Below are positions 63,518-64,000 of a DNA stretch of 64,000 bases, in pieces. Positions within the stretch are counted from its first letter, which is position 1. The number at the start of each line of letters is the position of its first letter. The notes beneath the pieces were generated by a model, which was not told where the DNA came from, made no database searches, and worked only from the letters and a program-made list of their open reading frames with translations. The translations under genes were made by a program, and so were the position numbers. This DNA is from Candidatus Nealsonbacteria bacterium (GTDB lineage Bacteria; Patescibacteriota; Minisyncoccia; Minisyncoccales; RBG-13-42-11), in NCBI GenBank assembly GCA_026396115.1, contig JAPLXL010000005.1, forward strand, positions 2,967-66,966. Direction: 5' to 3'.

Positions 63518-64000
63518 CTAGTCAGTGATTCTGATTGCCTTTATAGCCGCAAGTTTAGTGACGAACGACCTAATCTCTTTTTCGTCGAAAATGCCTGCAA
63601 ATCGCGTCACCAAAGCTTTTTCATTCGTTTCGCCATTAATTATCACCCTCATAACTTCGGTTGTTTCGTTATCAATCTCGATGGTTTGATAACGAGTAAC
63701 GAGATATGGTTCACGGTGAAAAACATTTAGTTTGGTATAGGGATCAAGGCTAAAGTAACGGTAGTACTTTGGGTACTTACTCGGTAAATTCCGTCTGGGT
63801 ATCCCCGAGACAGGATAAAGAGGTTTGTTTAATCCCCGAACCGCATAGTCGACGCAATAACCAGTTGAATAACTACAATCTACCTTACAACCACATAAGC
63901 ACTCAGTTAAAACTCGACAGGAACGACACGGTTCAGTTACCCAGCGGAGATCACGAAACTCGTCTAATTGTTTCTTCTTCCATATCTGCTCAATAGGTTT
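63518..64000 (-). CDS. SPASM-domain protein with C-terminal PqqD/RRE-like domain, 5'-partial
   Basis: Own translation of 160 open codons: IEQIW...CRSCRVLTECLCGC then ~60-aa winged-helix-like tail; missing from ORF track (no start in window). Confidence 0.75.
   Translation of the reverse strand, partial: KPIEQIWKKKQLDEFRDLRWVTEPCRSCRVLTECLCGCKVDCSYSTGYCVDYAVRGLNKPLYPVSGIPRRNLPSKYPKYYRYFSLDPYTKLNVFHREPYLVTRYQTIEIDNETTEVMRVIINGETNEKALVTRFAGIFDEKEIRSFVTKLAAIKAIRITD

Overview
AT-rich bacterial chromosome segment read with genetic code 11. The gene content suggests Patescibacteria/Parcubacteria (inference only): CxxC-x17-CxxC, Gmad2/GerMN, DUF5671, a membrane-anchored Clp ATPase, a reduced dcw cluster and mostly SD-less starts. 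Bases 1-35 kb are mostly housekeeping: acyP, tgt, greA, clp, mraZ-rsmH-ftsL-ftsI, tRNA-Glu, rmuC, rplU, recR, dnaB, cysS, dnaX, tRNA-Gln. Bases 35.4-64 kb are a patchwork of accessory genes. Three signals stand out. (1) A 45-60 bp double-hairpin repeat family occurs at about 20 loci (about 28 units). It has compensatory stem changes and sits in frame inside ten genes, including ftsI twice, rsmH, rlmN, xseA and alkD. It also forms a tandem array and nests inside itself; the cleanest nested case has no target duplication. (2) A fused terminator/promoter junction, AAAAATCGCCAAGAAGGCGGTTTTTTGGTAGAAT, first appears right after tRNA-Gln and recurs at module boundaries of the accessory region, giving a cassette-like layout. 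(3) A candidate RiPP locus at the right end has a SPASM+RRE radical SAM (partial), a second radical SAM, a YkgJ/FliB-like Fe-S protein, an unannotated 36-aa Lys-rich peptide and a B12-dependent radical SAM. All calls come from reading motifs by eye; no database searches were run.
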